A stretch of 64,000 nucleotides of DNA, from the NCBI RefSeq assembly GCF_006345805.1, contig NC_043009.1, positions 10,416,001-10,480,000 of the forward strand. Direction: 5' to 3'. The notes under the pieces are model-generated. The model made no database searches. It had not been told where the DNA came from and worked only from the letters and a program-made list of their open reading frames with translations. This document shows positions 51,657 through 64,000 of the stretch, in pieces. The position numbers and the translations under genes were made by a program. Position 1 is the stretch's first letter, and every line of letters starts with the position of its first letter. Source of the stretch: Octopus sinensis (lineage: Eukaryota).

Positions 51657-51948
51657 TTTTTTGTTTGTTCCTTCTCGAGGCATGCCTGACTCATAAGGGC
51701 TGGTTTCACGGTTTCCTTGCGTATAGGTTCCCCACCTGGACGGGACGCCGGTTCGTCGCAGGTGAGCTGCTAGATGCAGGAGGAAAGAGTGAGAGAAAGT
51801 TGTGGCTAAAGAGTCAGCAGAAGTTCGCCATTACCTTCTGCCGGAGCCGTGTTTCGCTCATAAACACACACATCGTCCGGTCTGAGATTTGAACCCGCGA
51901 TCCCTCGACCGCGAGTCCGCTGATCTAACCACTAGGCCATGTGCCTTC
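51657..51948 (-). mobile_element. SINE with a SINE-C-type head but a different 3' half, 11-bp TSD
   Basis: Head GGAAGGCACATGGCCTAGTGGTTAGATCAGCGGACTCGCGGTCG; A-rich tail; TSD CAGACAGCAGT at 51646-51656 and 51949-51959. Confidence 0.82.
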
Positions 51949-52355
51949 CAGACAGCAGTATTACTGCTTAATTTCTCCTCTTCATTAAGATACACCCTTT
52001 GAAGCCGGAAAGGAATTTCTATTCTGATTTAACAATCTGAAAAGAATAAAAGTCTGTGCACACACAATAGCAAAGACAATAATAAAAATGTGTACAACAA
52101 TTTATAATGAAGAGATCTTATCGCTGACAAGTTGAAATTAATCCGTAATACAGGCGCATGATAGTCTTTAGGAAAAATATATTGTTCTCTGGGATAAAAG
52201 CTAGCAACGAGTCCCATCCCACATTCGTGTGTATACGGGTATGTTACAAATAGATATACACTCATAGACATACATAGATATATGCACACTTAGATACTAC
52301 ACACACATATGACACTGTGTGTGTATGTGTACCTCTACACACACACACAAACACA

Positions 52356-52391
<36 letters not shown>

Positions 52392-52507
52392 TATATATAG
52401 AATAATAAATGAGGGAGATAAATTAATATTAATTTAATATCAATTTAAAACCAGTAGTCACGCATACAAAAACTGAGAAGTCAGAGAAAATCTAATATAT
52501 GTGTATA

Positions 52508-52877
52508 TTGGCAGGGCAAGACTGCTGGTAGTCGTCCGTATGCTAGAAATAGATCATCAACGATCAAAACTACAAAGAGAGTTCTCTAGAGGAAAAATTC
52601 AGCGAACACCAGAACCAAATTTGGCGGGCAGGACAGATGAAAATTTATATAAAAAACAGAATTAAATGCATACCTCGGTTTCGGCCTTTAACAAAAGAAT
52701 TACTTACATAATTCAAATGTCCGTGGCTTCATCAGTGCAATCGTTCAGAATTAAATGCATACTTCGGTTTCGGCCTTTAACAAAAGGCCTTTAACTACAA
52801 CCTTTCTTTGTAGTTTTTGATCGTTGATGATCTATTTCTAGCATACGGCCGACTACCTAGCAGTCTTGCCCTGCCAA
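52508..52877. mobile_element. MITE with about 70-bp TIRs and TA flanks (Tc1/mariner-type)
   Basis: TTGGCAGGGCAAGACTGCT..CTACAAAGA at the left end with a near-perfect reverse complement at the right end; TA on both sides; an internal 41-bp direct repeat (about 52657 and 52746). Confidence 0.8.
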
Positions 52878-53091
52878 TATATATTATATATATTATATAT
52901 ATATATATAAAAGTATATATAATATATATTATGTAGATAGGGTAAAATTCAAGCTGTGTCCCCTTGAAAGATGATTCCTATTAGCAAATGAAGCATATGT
53001 AATGGTGAATAAATAATACCAAAACTTCTTTAGCTTCCTCTTTTGTCATGTTATACACACACACACACACACATATGCTTATATACATACA

Positions 53092-53123
<32 letters not shown>

Positions 53124-54105
53124 CATACATACATACATATGTGTGTGTTTTAATATGTGTAAGGTGTAATTGTTAAAAATGATAAATCAGTACGAATAAA
53201 GAGACATTCCCAATCGCCACACTGAAAAAACATCATCTTTGTTTGCTCCACTACCAATAAACTTAGGTAGTTAGCCATATTTTTTCATGGCATATTAAAA
53301 TCGATATCCGTTTAAAAGATATAAGGTAATTTAATATAAGTAGAAAAACCCCGTCACATTGTTATGGATGGGTAAGTTAACTAAATCGTGTCTATTTTTG
53401 ATGATTATGAAAGAATAAAAGATTGAATCGACATTGGTGAGGTTCTTACGCAGAAAGGACATAACCAAATGTTGATGGTTGCTCTATATATCATTTTTGT
53501 TGTTCGTATATTGGAAAATATACAAACTATTTAATTGATTTTCCGCAGGCACCAGGTCGCAGAAGTACTACGAAACACTTCATATAAGACTTTTGTTCTT
53601 TGAGTTAAAACAAGAAAAATTCACATTGGTTGAAGGCCGCCTGCGATATATTCAGCCAAATTGCTTAGCTAAATAATTCGCAAGAAGCAAAAACTGGAGT
53701 CCAAGCCAAATCTGATATTTATGATAAATCTGACTCTTCTGCAAGTACTGAACCCTTTATTTAACCGTTCTTTACCCCTTTATATTTTAGCTTTAAGATT
53801 AATATGTATGCGTGTTTTCAGCTATTCAAATTCTTCTTCTGAAGATACAAAGCTCCATTTTTGGAATATAGATAACGAAAACAATGTTACATCGTGAACC
53901 TGACAAATGTCTTGCATAGTTTTACTGTTCCGTATTTGTAATATGCAAATCAGCTGGTTGATTTCTTTTTCTGAAGATGCTAGCTTATCCCTGTATGTAT
54001 GTATGATTTTATGTATATATGTATGAATGTATGTATGTATGTGTGTAGATATGTATGTATATATGTATGTATGTATATATGTATGAATACATGTGTGTAT
54101 ATGTC

Positions 54106-54650
54106 AGGTCGCTTTCGTGTGCTACTGGTAACATGTAGCCCAGTACAACCTGTTGCATGGTCGGGTCGGCGGCGACTAAACCGGCAACCCCACCAAGCTT
54201 GCTTGGTGAGGAGGGTGTTTATTGGACACCCTGCGGGATGAAAAACAAAACCCGTCAAAGGGCAGAGGAACTCTTACGAGTGAACGGCCATCCAATAAAT
54301 GTCTTACGGCTGTATCATGCGCGGGAACATAGAAATAATCGGACTGAATACCCGATCGCGCGGTTAAACCATTGGGAGTGTGGGACTCCTAGCCTTTGTT
54401 AGGGCATCTTCTAGGAGAAAGTAACTCAGGTAACTGGGATAACTCCGACATAAAACCTGCAGCTCAGTGGTTACCGATGATGTTGACTTGTTCTTCTTTT
54501 CGGATTATGGCTGCTGTTGCTTAGTGAGTGGGATTGACTCAGTGCACAGCCTTTCCTCACTTTAAAAAAAATCTTCTTGCACGCATTGCATGATAACAAC
54601 ATAGATTAAGCTTCGCGCAATGGCCATACTCGATAACAAGGGGGCAGCCA
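54106..54650 (+). other. GC-richer, hairpin-rich island; possible LINE (RTE-type) 5' UTR
   Basis: Several perfect short stems. TCTAGGAGAAAGTAACTC..ATAAAACCT resembles RTE 5' regions as recalled from memory; not verified. Confidence 0.4.
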
Positions 54651-55254
54651 CCATACATGTGTGTATATATGGATATGTATGTGTGTGTGTTTGTGTGTGT
54701 ATGCATGTATATGTATGTTTTGTTTGTGTGAAGGAGTGTGATTTAGTGCTTAGAGTGTTCGGCTCACGATTTTAAATCACGGTGGAGCTTCTGTGATTAG
54801 AACCTGGTGATAGGACGAAGTGAGATGATCAGTAATTGCGTGAAACAACAGGTTTTACATAAAAGTGTCCCTCTCTCAGAAGGATACTGTGACAGCAACT
54901 AAGGGTCCATCATTCTCGATGGTTTTACAACTTTTGGATGGCCGTTGAACAAACATATACACAGACACACAGACACACAGACACACATGTAAATGTCGAA
55001 TGATGAGAATGAGCGCTCAACATCGCATTGGTGGAGAGAATTTTTTTTACTTGTGCATTAAGACTGCCATTGGTTTCATGTTAAGAAAAAGGTCTTAATA
55101 TCTTAACAATTTTTCAAGCCAACTACATGGAGGAATGGTGTTTGTATCCATTTTGAATGTTTTCATCCAGAATGGAGACGAACACCATTTCTCCATGTGA
55201 TCGGTTTGTAAACGATATTTTTCCCTAACATGAAACCAATAATAGCCTTACTGC

Positions 55255-55311
<57 letters not shown>

Positions 55312-55394
55312 CACATCATATTTACACACGCATGCGTGGTGGAGGCATGTAAACAGAGAAGAATAGAGATAGGCAAATGGGAAGAATTATAAAA

Positions 55395-56110
55395 GCCTTG
55401 TTATCCTCCTCTTCTTCTTCCTTCTCCTCCTCCTCCTCTTGCTTCTTCTTCTTCTTCTTCTCCTCCTCCTCCTCTTGCTTCTTCTTCTTCTTCTTCCTTT
55501 TCTCCTCTTTCGTTCTGTCCTTCAGTTTCCATTTTCCTTTCCTTCCCTCGACTCCCAATATTCCTCTCCTTATTCCTACACAAATACACTATTTTACTAA
55601 ACACTCTTTTGCTATAAGCTACAGAAACGAACAATCTCCTTTCCTTTCTTCCTGTCTTTTAATTCTCCCTCTCTATCTCTCCTTCGTCCTCTCACCCCAC
55701 TCCTACTCTCTTCATCTCTACCTTTCTCTTGATCTCCTGTTTCTTTTTCACTCTCTCCACTCTTTCTCCTTGTGTGTCCCTCCTTCATTTTCCATTCCTT
55801 CTCATCTCCCATCAGTCTATATTTCTCTCATTCTCCATCACTCTCTCTCTCTCTCTCTCTCTCTCTCACGTTCTCAGCCCTTCTTTATCCGTTATCTGTT
55901 TCACTCTTTCACCAAGCCTCTTTTATCCTTCACCTCTCTTTCCTTTATCTCTCACTACCATTCCTTCCCTTACTCTCTCCCGCTTTTTAAAATTCAGTCT
56001 GACATTATCTCTCTCTCCCTCTCTGTCCCTGATTTTCTCTTTCATTGCTCCGTCATCCATTATTCCCTCCCCACATATCTCCTACCTCCACTCACTACGC
56101 TATATACAAA
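55395..56110 (+). repeat. Pyrimidine-rich (CT/CTT) low-complexity tract
   Basis: Plus strand mostly C/T. Confidence 0.85.
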
Positions 56111-57114
56111 ATGAAATCTCGCATAAAGACTGTTTTATAGTTTCCACTAACATCTGTGTCCCTGTAGTAATCGATGATTTATATTGCAATTAAAACTATT
56201 TCTCCCTATCAATAGCTTTATTATTACGCGTTGTTTATTGTTGAAAGATTGAAGGAGAGTAATTGTTTCTTTTCTATATGCCTTATCGTTTTGCTATTAC
56301 ATTCGCCTCCTCTCACACTCCGAGCTTTCTCCTTTCATTCTCCCCTTCTCTCCTTCTCTCCTTCTCTCCTTCTCCCCCCCCACCCGCTCGCTTCCTCTCT
56401 AAATCGTAGTACATCGCATTCCAGATTTCATCTAATTCTTATGAAATGATTTGGTGTCAGGTGTTAAAGATTTCATTACCTAAAATATAAGCATTTCACT
56501 TTCGTTTATTGTTCGTAAATCAATATTTGACGAAACAACAACAACAACAACAATAACTGTATATATTATAGTTGTTGCAGTTGTTGTTGTTGTGGTGGTT
56601 GTGGCGGCGGAGGCGGCGGTGGTGGTGGTGGTGATGGCGGTGGTGGTGGTGGTGATGGTGGTGATGGCGGAGGCGGTGGTGGTGGTGGTGGTGATGTTTT
56701 TGGTGACACTGGTTTAGTGTGAATGGAGAACGGACGTTATTTACAGACCGCTCCGAGAAAATTGGATTAGTACCAAGTTTTGCTAAGCGAAGTTTGTTTT
56801 GTTTTTGGATTATTTTGCAGACGGTTGACTTTGAAACGGGTAACGTCTATATCAATACCCGTGGTAAACAAGGCTAATTTGCGTTTCATGATATTATATC
56901 TATATATTTTCTGAAGAAAATGACATTCTGTTTATGTAGTTTCTTATACTGGACGTGCAAGAAGAGAAGAATACAGCAAAGACGTTTCTACAGGAAACAT
57001 CTCAAAGACGAAATAAGTTCTGAATGCACGAAAACTAATTGAAAGGTGGGCAAGAGACTTCAAAAGCGATAACTAAAATACATTAGAATGACACAAATAT
57101 ATACACTTAGGAAT

Positions 57115-57697
57115 ATTAGTTTCAGATTTTGGAACAAGATCGGTAATTTCGGGTGAGGGGTAAGTCGATTACATCGACCCCATTACTCAGCTGGTACTTA
57201 TTTTATCGAGCCCGAAAGAATGAAAGACAAAGTCGACTTCGGCGGAATTTGAACGCAGAATGTAAAGACGGACGAAATGCCTATTTCTTTAAATACACAA
57301 GGGGCTAAACACAGAGAGGACAAACAAGGACAGACAAACGGATTGGGTCGATTATATCGACCCCAGTGCGTATCTGGTATTTATTTAATCGACCCCGAAA
57401 GGATGAAAGGCAAAGTCGACATCGGCGGAATTTGAACTCAGAACGTAACGGCAGACGAAATACCTATTTCTTTATTACCCACAAGGGGCTAAACATAGAG
57501 GGGACAAACAAGGACAGACATAGGTATTAAGTCGATTACATCGACCCCAGAGTGTAACTGGTACTTAATTTATCGACCCCGAAAGGATGAAAGGCAAAGT
57601 CGACGTCGGCGGAATTTGAACTCAGAACGTAGCAACAGACGAAATACCGCTAAGCATTTCACTCGGCGTGCTAACGATTCTGCCAGCTGGCCGCCTT
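57115..57697 (-). mobile_element. SINE-A trimer
   Basis: Two internal junctions GACGAAAT(G/A)CCTATTTCTTT at about 57280 and 57460. Confidence 0.88.
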
Positions 57698-58070
57698 TGC
57701 ACTTTACAAATATTGTCGTAATTTCACAAGCGAAACGAAAGTATTCGCGTCGTAGATATAAGTATTAATAACGGCAATATGAATGCATGTGTGTGCAATT
57801 TAAATAAAAGTAATAACAATTCCTTTTCTCGTATTGCAAGCCCAAGAGAAGTTTTAAAAATGGGGGGAATCCACTGAAAAAAAAGTTGAGGTGTATTTAT
57901 GAAGACAATATGTTGTCTTGCTTGAGAAGTAACTTTTTGAATTTTGGTGTTTACTCTGATAGCTTCTTGGGAAGAAGTAAACAAGCCAACGCAGGTTGTG
58001 AATCGGTGCGTGGAGGAGAAGACAAGCACAAAGACGCACATACACTCTCTCCCTTTCTCTCTCTCTCTCG

Positions 58071-58102
<32 letters not shown>

Positions 58103-58139
58103 CACACGTGCGACAAATTTTCACGCCATTTCTGTTTAT

Positions 58140-58440
58140 CAAGCCCACTTTTAAGTCATTGGCCTGCCCAGTGCTTTAGTAAAAGACACCTGTCCAAGGT
58201 GCCGCGATGTGGAACCAAACTTCAAACGACATGGTGAAGTGAACTTATTTACCACAGACCTGCTTGTTCGATAAAAATATTACATATTCTGAACTTACTC
58301 TTTTACTCTTTTACTTGTTTCAGTCATTTGATTGTGGCTATGCTGGAGCATCGCCTTTAGTCGCCTTCTTTAGTCGCCTTCTTTGTAAGCCTAGTGCTTA
58401 TTCTATCGGTCTCTTTTGCCGAACCGCTAAGTTACGGGGA
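58140..58440 (-). mobile_element. SINE-B fragments abutting the 3' break of the R4/Dong relic
   Basis: GACACCTGTCCAAGGTGCC and CCGAACCGCTAAGTTACGGGGAC segments. Confidence 0.7.
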
Positions 58441-60490
58441 CTCCGATATATTTTACCCGCACTTCCATAGACTTCCGTAATTCAATGGCTCGGTCCTGGG
58501 ACTATGCTATATATTCTATACATCTCATATTGATTTCTTCTTCCTTTGGAACTGTAAAGTCAATTATCTGGCACTTATTATTCCCTTTATCCACTACTAC
58601 TAAATCAGGCCTTCTAGCTTTTATTACTCTGTCAGTCTGAAAGTTGAAGTCCCACAACATCTTGTATTTCTTACTTTCTAATACTTTACTAGGTTTATGT
58701 TCATACCATTTATCAGTATGTTCAAATCCTAGCTTTCTACATAACTCCCAGTGAATTACTCTCCCTAGGTTGTCATGTCTTTTCTTATATTCTTTCTGTG
58801 TCAGCATCCTACATTTACTTACTATGTGAGGAACGCTTTCCTCTTTTGATTTGCAAAACCTACATTGGGAATCTACTTGCTTTTTGTATATCTTGGTTTT
58901 TATCCAATTAGTCTTTAATGTTTGATCTTATGCAGCTACTAACAAACTTTCTATCTCCCTTTTCAGCTTTCCTTTCTACAACCATAACTATGGCTCACTA
59001 CTACTATTTGCTGTAACTATCTTCGGGAATATACCACCCAATATCTTCTCCTGCCAGTCAGGTAATTTCTGTTCTTTTTTCCTGGTTTTTAAGTTTGTTT
59101 TGATTTTTGGTTTCCCTATATCTTGCTGTGACTCTAGCAGCTTTTAATAAACTTTCTTCACTATTACCAACATAGGTGTCTATATCTATTCTAGCTAACT
59201 CCATGCAGTCTTCTACTGATATTAACCCTCTTCCTTCTTCCTTTCTAGGTAATTATAATCCTGCCCTTGGGCGGAGTTCTCCATTCGTTTTTAATTCCTT
59301 CCTAGTTCTTCTGTTTAGCTTTGCTAATTAAGTTTCTGTCCAATCTACAAAAGCTGTTGAGTATCTAAGTAATGATACTGCCCAAGTATTTACAGTCTTC
59401 ACCAGATTCAGACCATTTGGTTTTGACATCATTAGCTTCCTCACCCTTCTGATGTACTCCTTCTCAATTTTCGTTTTCATTTCTATAGTTAGTACCCTGC
59501 CAGATTCTAATACTCCAAGATGCTTATAACTCTCTTCTCCTTTCAATGATTTTAATATCTGACCATCTGGTAATTGGATGTCTTCACTGTTAACTACTTG
59601 TCCCCTTTTCTTGACTAATATTGCACACTTATCCATGCCAAATTCCATGCCTATATCTTTGCCGAAGAGTCTTACAGTCTGTATTACGGAATCTATCTCT
59701 TTTTCATTCTTACAAAAAAAGCTTCAGATCATCCATGTAGCAGGAATGGTTAATTTTTCTCTTAACTATTTCCGAAATGACACCCTGCTTTTGCCTTCCT
59801 TAATACTAAACTGAAGGGGGATCAAACATAAACAAATATTAAAGGGCTCAACGAGTCCTCCTGGAAAATTCCTCTTTTGAAATTAACTTTCCTTGAGAGG
59901 TGTCACCCGAGTAGAAATCTACTTTCCATTTCTTCATGCTAAAGGTAATTAATTCTCTTATGAGGTCGGCTATACTGAATATATTCAAGCATTTACTTAT
60001 CCATGAGTGTGGAATCATGTCACAGGCTTTCCTATAATCTATCTATGCTATTGTTAGAGTTTTCTTTCTAGATTTTACTTCATTTGAACTGCTTTGTCTA
60101 TGTATAATAGATAATGCATTCCTCTAGCCTTCTTCCTGCAACCTTTTTGTTCTTCTGGTAGCAAATTCTGGTTGTCGTAAATGCTTTCTGAAAGTATTCC
60201 TGTTAACAACTTCCACACTAATGGTAAGCAAGTGATTGCTCTTATCTTTCATAATGAGTATTGTCCTCCCTCTAGTCATACAATCTGGTATTATTTCGCC
60301 ATTAAGGTAATCCTGAAGTTGTTCCCTCAGCCTCTCATGTAGACTACTGAATTTTTTTAGCCAGTACCCTTGAACTAAATCTGGTCCTAAGTCCTTCCAA
60401 TTCGGCATTTTTTCTAACACTCTCTTCATTAATGCCCTAGCGAATCTTAGATCTGGCTGCTTCTCACTCACTATCTTCCCTAACATTCTT
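58441..60490 (-). mobile_element. Non-LTR retrotransposon relic with restriction-like endonuclease (R4/Dong clade)
   Basis: RT motifs MPNWKDLGPD..GYWLKKF, YMDD (59739-59728) and MEFGMDKCA..YKHLGVLE; CCHC knuckle CRFC-x8-H-x4-C; RHD; RLE motif RRPDLVVVD..IIDFTVP. Contains frameshifts and stops and is truncated at both ends. Confidence 0.9.
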
Positions 60491-60689
60491 TTAACCCCAG
60501 GAAGATGTGGGATTAAAATTTCAGCATCATCGTCTCCTATGTTAAAGAGAGGATACACACTACATTTTGGTTCGTATATTGCTTGTATCTCGAACAGAAA
60601 TTTTCTAACGGACTTGTTTCCTAGAAAAAAAAAATGATTCTTTTGAAAATTCTTATTTCAATGATGAATTATGGGTAAGAGTAAATATA

Positions 60690-60905
60690 CCTTTCTACTA
60701 TAGGCACAAGGCCTGAAATTTGGGGGAGGAGAATAGTCGATTACATCGACCCCAGTACTCAACTGGTACTTAATTTATCGACCCCGAAAGGAGTTTAAAG
60801 GCAAAGACGTCCTCGGCGGAATCCGAAATCTGAACGTAAAGACAGACGAAATGCTTCTAAGCATCTTGTCCGGCGCACTAATGATTCTGCCAGCTCGCCG
60901 CCTTG
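60690..60905 (-). mobile_element. SINE-A copy
   Basis: Core ATCGACCCCAGTACTCAACTGGTAC and head GCCAGCTCGCCGCCTT. Confidence 0.85.
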
Positions 60906-61639
60906 GTAAATGCAAATATAATGCCGGTAGATACAAAAAGAATGTTTCCAAGTCCAGTACATCTGAAAAAGTTAGGTGTGCTGAACTACATTTATACGTT
61001 GTTGTTTGGTCCTAGGTGAAACTGATAGAGCTATAATATGTTAGAAATCGTACCATCCCTGTGTCATAGCTAAAGTGTGTACTGCTCGGGTCAGCCCTTA
61101 AGTTTCCCACTACACATCCCTGGACCAATAAAGCCTATACAGACACATTCAATAGGCCCCAAAAGTCTGGTCCTATAATAGCGTTACCCGGAGCGATTTC
61201 CTCCCCCTCCAATTAGGCTACGCTTCCAGTCGTGACTATTTTCTTTGATGTTTTCACCAGAAATCGTGAATGTAAGATTACCAAATTGTGATTTCTTCTT
61301 TTTTTTCCATTCATTTATTCTTTCTTTTTAGAACTGTGAATTAAGACTTGAGGTACAGTCCGTCCGACGGGTTTTCACACACAGATTCCGTCTCCCTAAT
61401 TTAACTAACAAGCCACGGTAAAAGACATTTCCTCAAGATGCCACAAAGTAGGATCGAAACCGAGGTCTCGTCACGGTGATTTAAACTTTTAAACTATTTA
61501 AACATGTTGCGTCCATATAGGACAACAATATCCAAAACACTTCAATTTTTGCAAAAACAAAACGGTAGAATCTGGTTTAAGAGACATTTGAATCTTATTT
61601 CTAACCAGTCGAGCGATCTCGTGGAGACATCCATACACT

Positions 61640-62041
61640 TCTTCTTGTTCGACCGTGGTCGAGACAATGGAATTTACTATGCTACGCCAGAATTCACGGT
61701 CCATCATAGCATTACGGAGGTGCTGTTGCTGGATGCCTGTATCCCTGGAAATTACATCAGCGTAGGAGAGTGTGCGCCTTCTGGTATCGCGAGCAGATGG
61801 CTTCCAGAGGAGAAGAGTAGAAATTACCTCGTTTTCAGCTTTACAACAATGTCCAGCAAACTGGACTCTTCTACCTTTCACAAGAGATGATACAGGTGGT
61901 AATTTCCCATCTATTTATACTTTGGTTGGATGACGCTTCCACGAGAGATTTTGAGCTCTCATAAGGAGGCGAGTGTAAGTTCCATCCAACCGCCCCTCAA
62001 GCTTCTTTGATAACGTCCAGGTTTCTGAGCCATTTAGTAGA
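61640..62041 (-). mobile_element. 5'-truncated RTE-superfamily (RTE/RTE-X-like) LINE 3' end
   Basis: Reads ILLNGSETWTLSKKLEGRLDGTYTRLLMRAQNLSWKRHP..*..VKGRRVQFAGHC..ISTLLLWKP..TLSYADVISRDTG..MMDREFWR, with a short (GAA)n tail. Possible TSD ATACACT at 61633-61639 and 62042-62048. Confidence 0.8.
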
Positions 62042-62775
62042 ATACACTAGCAAGGTATTAGTAACAAGTCTTCTTAATTGAAACTTGTCTTTTTTTTTAC
62101 AACAATTATGAATAATTTGTAATCCTTACATGGTGGATAGTACAATGGACTTCTTTGATGCTCTGTCAAACATTTTAAGTTAAACAGAAGACATCAAATA
62201 CACTGTACTCTCAATCCGCGTTCCACTCCCTGAAGACTCACTAATACGCATAAGCTTCACAGATGTATGTATAAATTACACTTTCATAATCATGGGAATA
62301 AAATCATGCATGCAAAAATAAATTTAACACGTAATTGAACGATATTGTAATACGTGTGTATAAACGATGCGTGCTTCTGTTTGCGTATGCTTGTGTGTGT
62401 GTACGTGTGTATGCATGTGCGTGTGTGCGTACGTGTTTATGTACAAATCGATAGCTCTATATGGATAAAAATACAGAAATTCTAATAAGCTATATTGAAG
62501 CTAATCTTTAGTCTCGTAATTAAAATGTTTTCATAGTTGCGTTCTTTCTTGAAACACGCATACACGCAAATACACACACACACACACACACACCACATAC
62601 ATACAAGCATACATATAATACACACTTATAAGTATGGATACATACATATACATACATATACATACATACATACATACATACACTAGCGTATACTTTGCAT
62701 ATTTATGCAGGCATATATTTGCATAAAGATGTTTGCATGTATGTTTACGTGTGCATATGTGTATTTGAAACGGTG

Positions 62776-62831
<56 letters not shown>

Positions 62832-63115
62832 TGAGAATGAAGGATAGCGAGAACGAGAGGGGGAGAGAAAGAAAGAGGTGAAAGAACAGAGAGATAAAAT
62901 AAGAGAATGAGAAAAGGGTGAGAAAATACAGAATATATATGTGTGTGTGTGTATTCCTATATATGTATGTATGTATGTACACACATATACACACACATAC
63001 ACACGTCTGTATATATATGCATATATATGTGTGCGTGTGAGTGAATGTATGTATGTGTGTATGTGTGTATGTGTGTGTGTGTGCAGTCATGACTTTTTTA
63101 AGTGTGAACTGCATG

Positions 63116-63146
<31 letters not shown>

Positions 63147-63699
63147 CTGTGTGTGTGTGCACACTCGCGCGCACACCCCTACGGTCAAACGCACATGTAT
63201 AGCAACTATACAAATAAACACACACACCGACACGATGTCCCCGTAGCAGGACTGTTATTTATTTAGCCTGTCTTGGAGTTTGTCCATCAATCTGTCTCTC
63301 TGCCTTCCTGCCTGTCTGTCTGTCTGTCTGTTAGTCAGTTGCTCCATTATTTTCGCAATGTTTCCACTTCGGTACATTGGTTTTTGCTCGTTTGCAGGCC
63401 ACAGCTGTTGTGTCATGCGCAGTGAAGTCTTATGATCTTGCCATGTCGTCTGGTCAAGATGTCTGCTATTTGTCGCCATTGAAAACACATGCTGCGCGTC
63501 ACTGCAAGCCTCGTCCCATCAGGATTTCCTTACTTTAATAATATCCCATACAGACACAAATGTACATACGATCCCTCTTCTCTCCCCCACAACACAATAA
63601 ACTCATGCAGTTATTTTTTTTGTTTATATTTTATGCTAATTACATTAATTTTATTGTATTTTATTTCATTTTTGCAGTATTCATCCACTTTTTCATTCG

Positions 63700-63847
63700 T
63701 CTGCTCTTCTTCTTCTTCTTCTTCTTCTTCTTCTTCTTCTTCTTCTTCTTCTTCTTCTTCTTCTTCTTCTTCTTCTTTCTTCTTCTTCTTCTTCATTCTC
63801 ATTATACTCTTGCTCGTTCTACATTCTTTATGACCTCATCTATTCTC

Positions 63848-63889
<42 letters not shown>

Positions 63890-63951
63890 TAATAATAATA
63901 ATAATAATGATAATAATAATAATAATAATAATGATAATAATAATAATAATG

Positions 63952-63987
<36 letters not shown>

Positions 63988-64000
63988 TTAATTATAATAA
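63700..64000. repeat. (TTC)n followed by (TAA)n microsatellites
   Basis: Directly visible. Similar pure tracts lie at 6441-6526 (AAG), 14420-14487 (TAA) and 21770-21822 (AGT). Confidence 0.97.

Noticed and set aside
56590-56700. (GGT/GGC)n tract as a Gly-rich exon or G-quadruplex element
   Set aside because: It is continuous with adjacent (CAA)/(GTT) microsatellites, has no exon context, and has only two-G runs.
63378-63540. Acceptor-like TTTGCAG followed by a 46-codon open frame on the plus strand
   Set aside because: No recognisable domain or partner exon; a frame this short is expected by chance.
63851-64000. Periodic TGA variants in (TAA)n as a code-like or higher-order pattern
   Set aside because: The spacings are 21, 24 and 18 bp, consistent with ordinary slippage duplication.

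Overview
This is AT-rich, repeat-saturated eukaryotic DNA. Very dense di/tri/tetranucleotide microsatellites and the tRNA-derived SINE families suggest a cephalopod, probably Octopus (inference, not verified by search). One intact protein-coding gene is supported: a divergent class A (rhodopsin-like) 7TM GPCR of 335 aa on the minus strand. The ORF track shows it as two unrelated ORFs, but it is two coding exons (33840-33496 and 15303-14641) joined across an 18.2-kb phase-0 GT-AG intron inside TM3. The rest is mobile-element debris: two mariner relics, an R4/Dong-type RLE LINE relic, CR1-, RTE- and L2/Crack-like LINE 3' ends, many SINEs (working names A-D), two MITEs and two large foldback elements. 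The best second-look items are the motif-degenerate GPCR, two hammerhead-ribozyme-like motifs (23094-23128 and 34538-34589), SINE multimers inserted as single TSD-flanked units, a local inverted templated copy, and long inverted repeats in the GPCR intron. Most ORFs in the supplied track are microsatellite translations, not genes. SINE and microsatellite boundaries are approximate (about 10-20 bp) unless a TSD is quoted.
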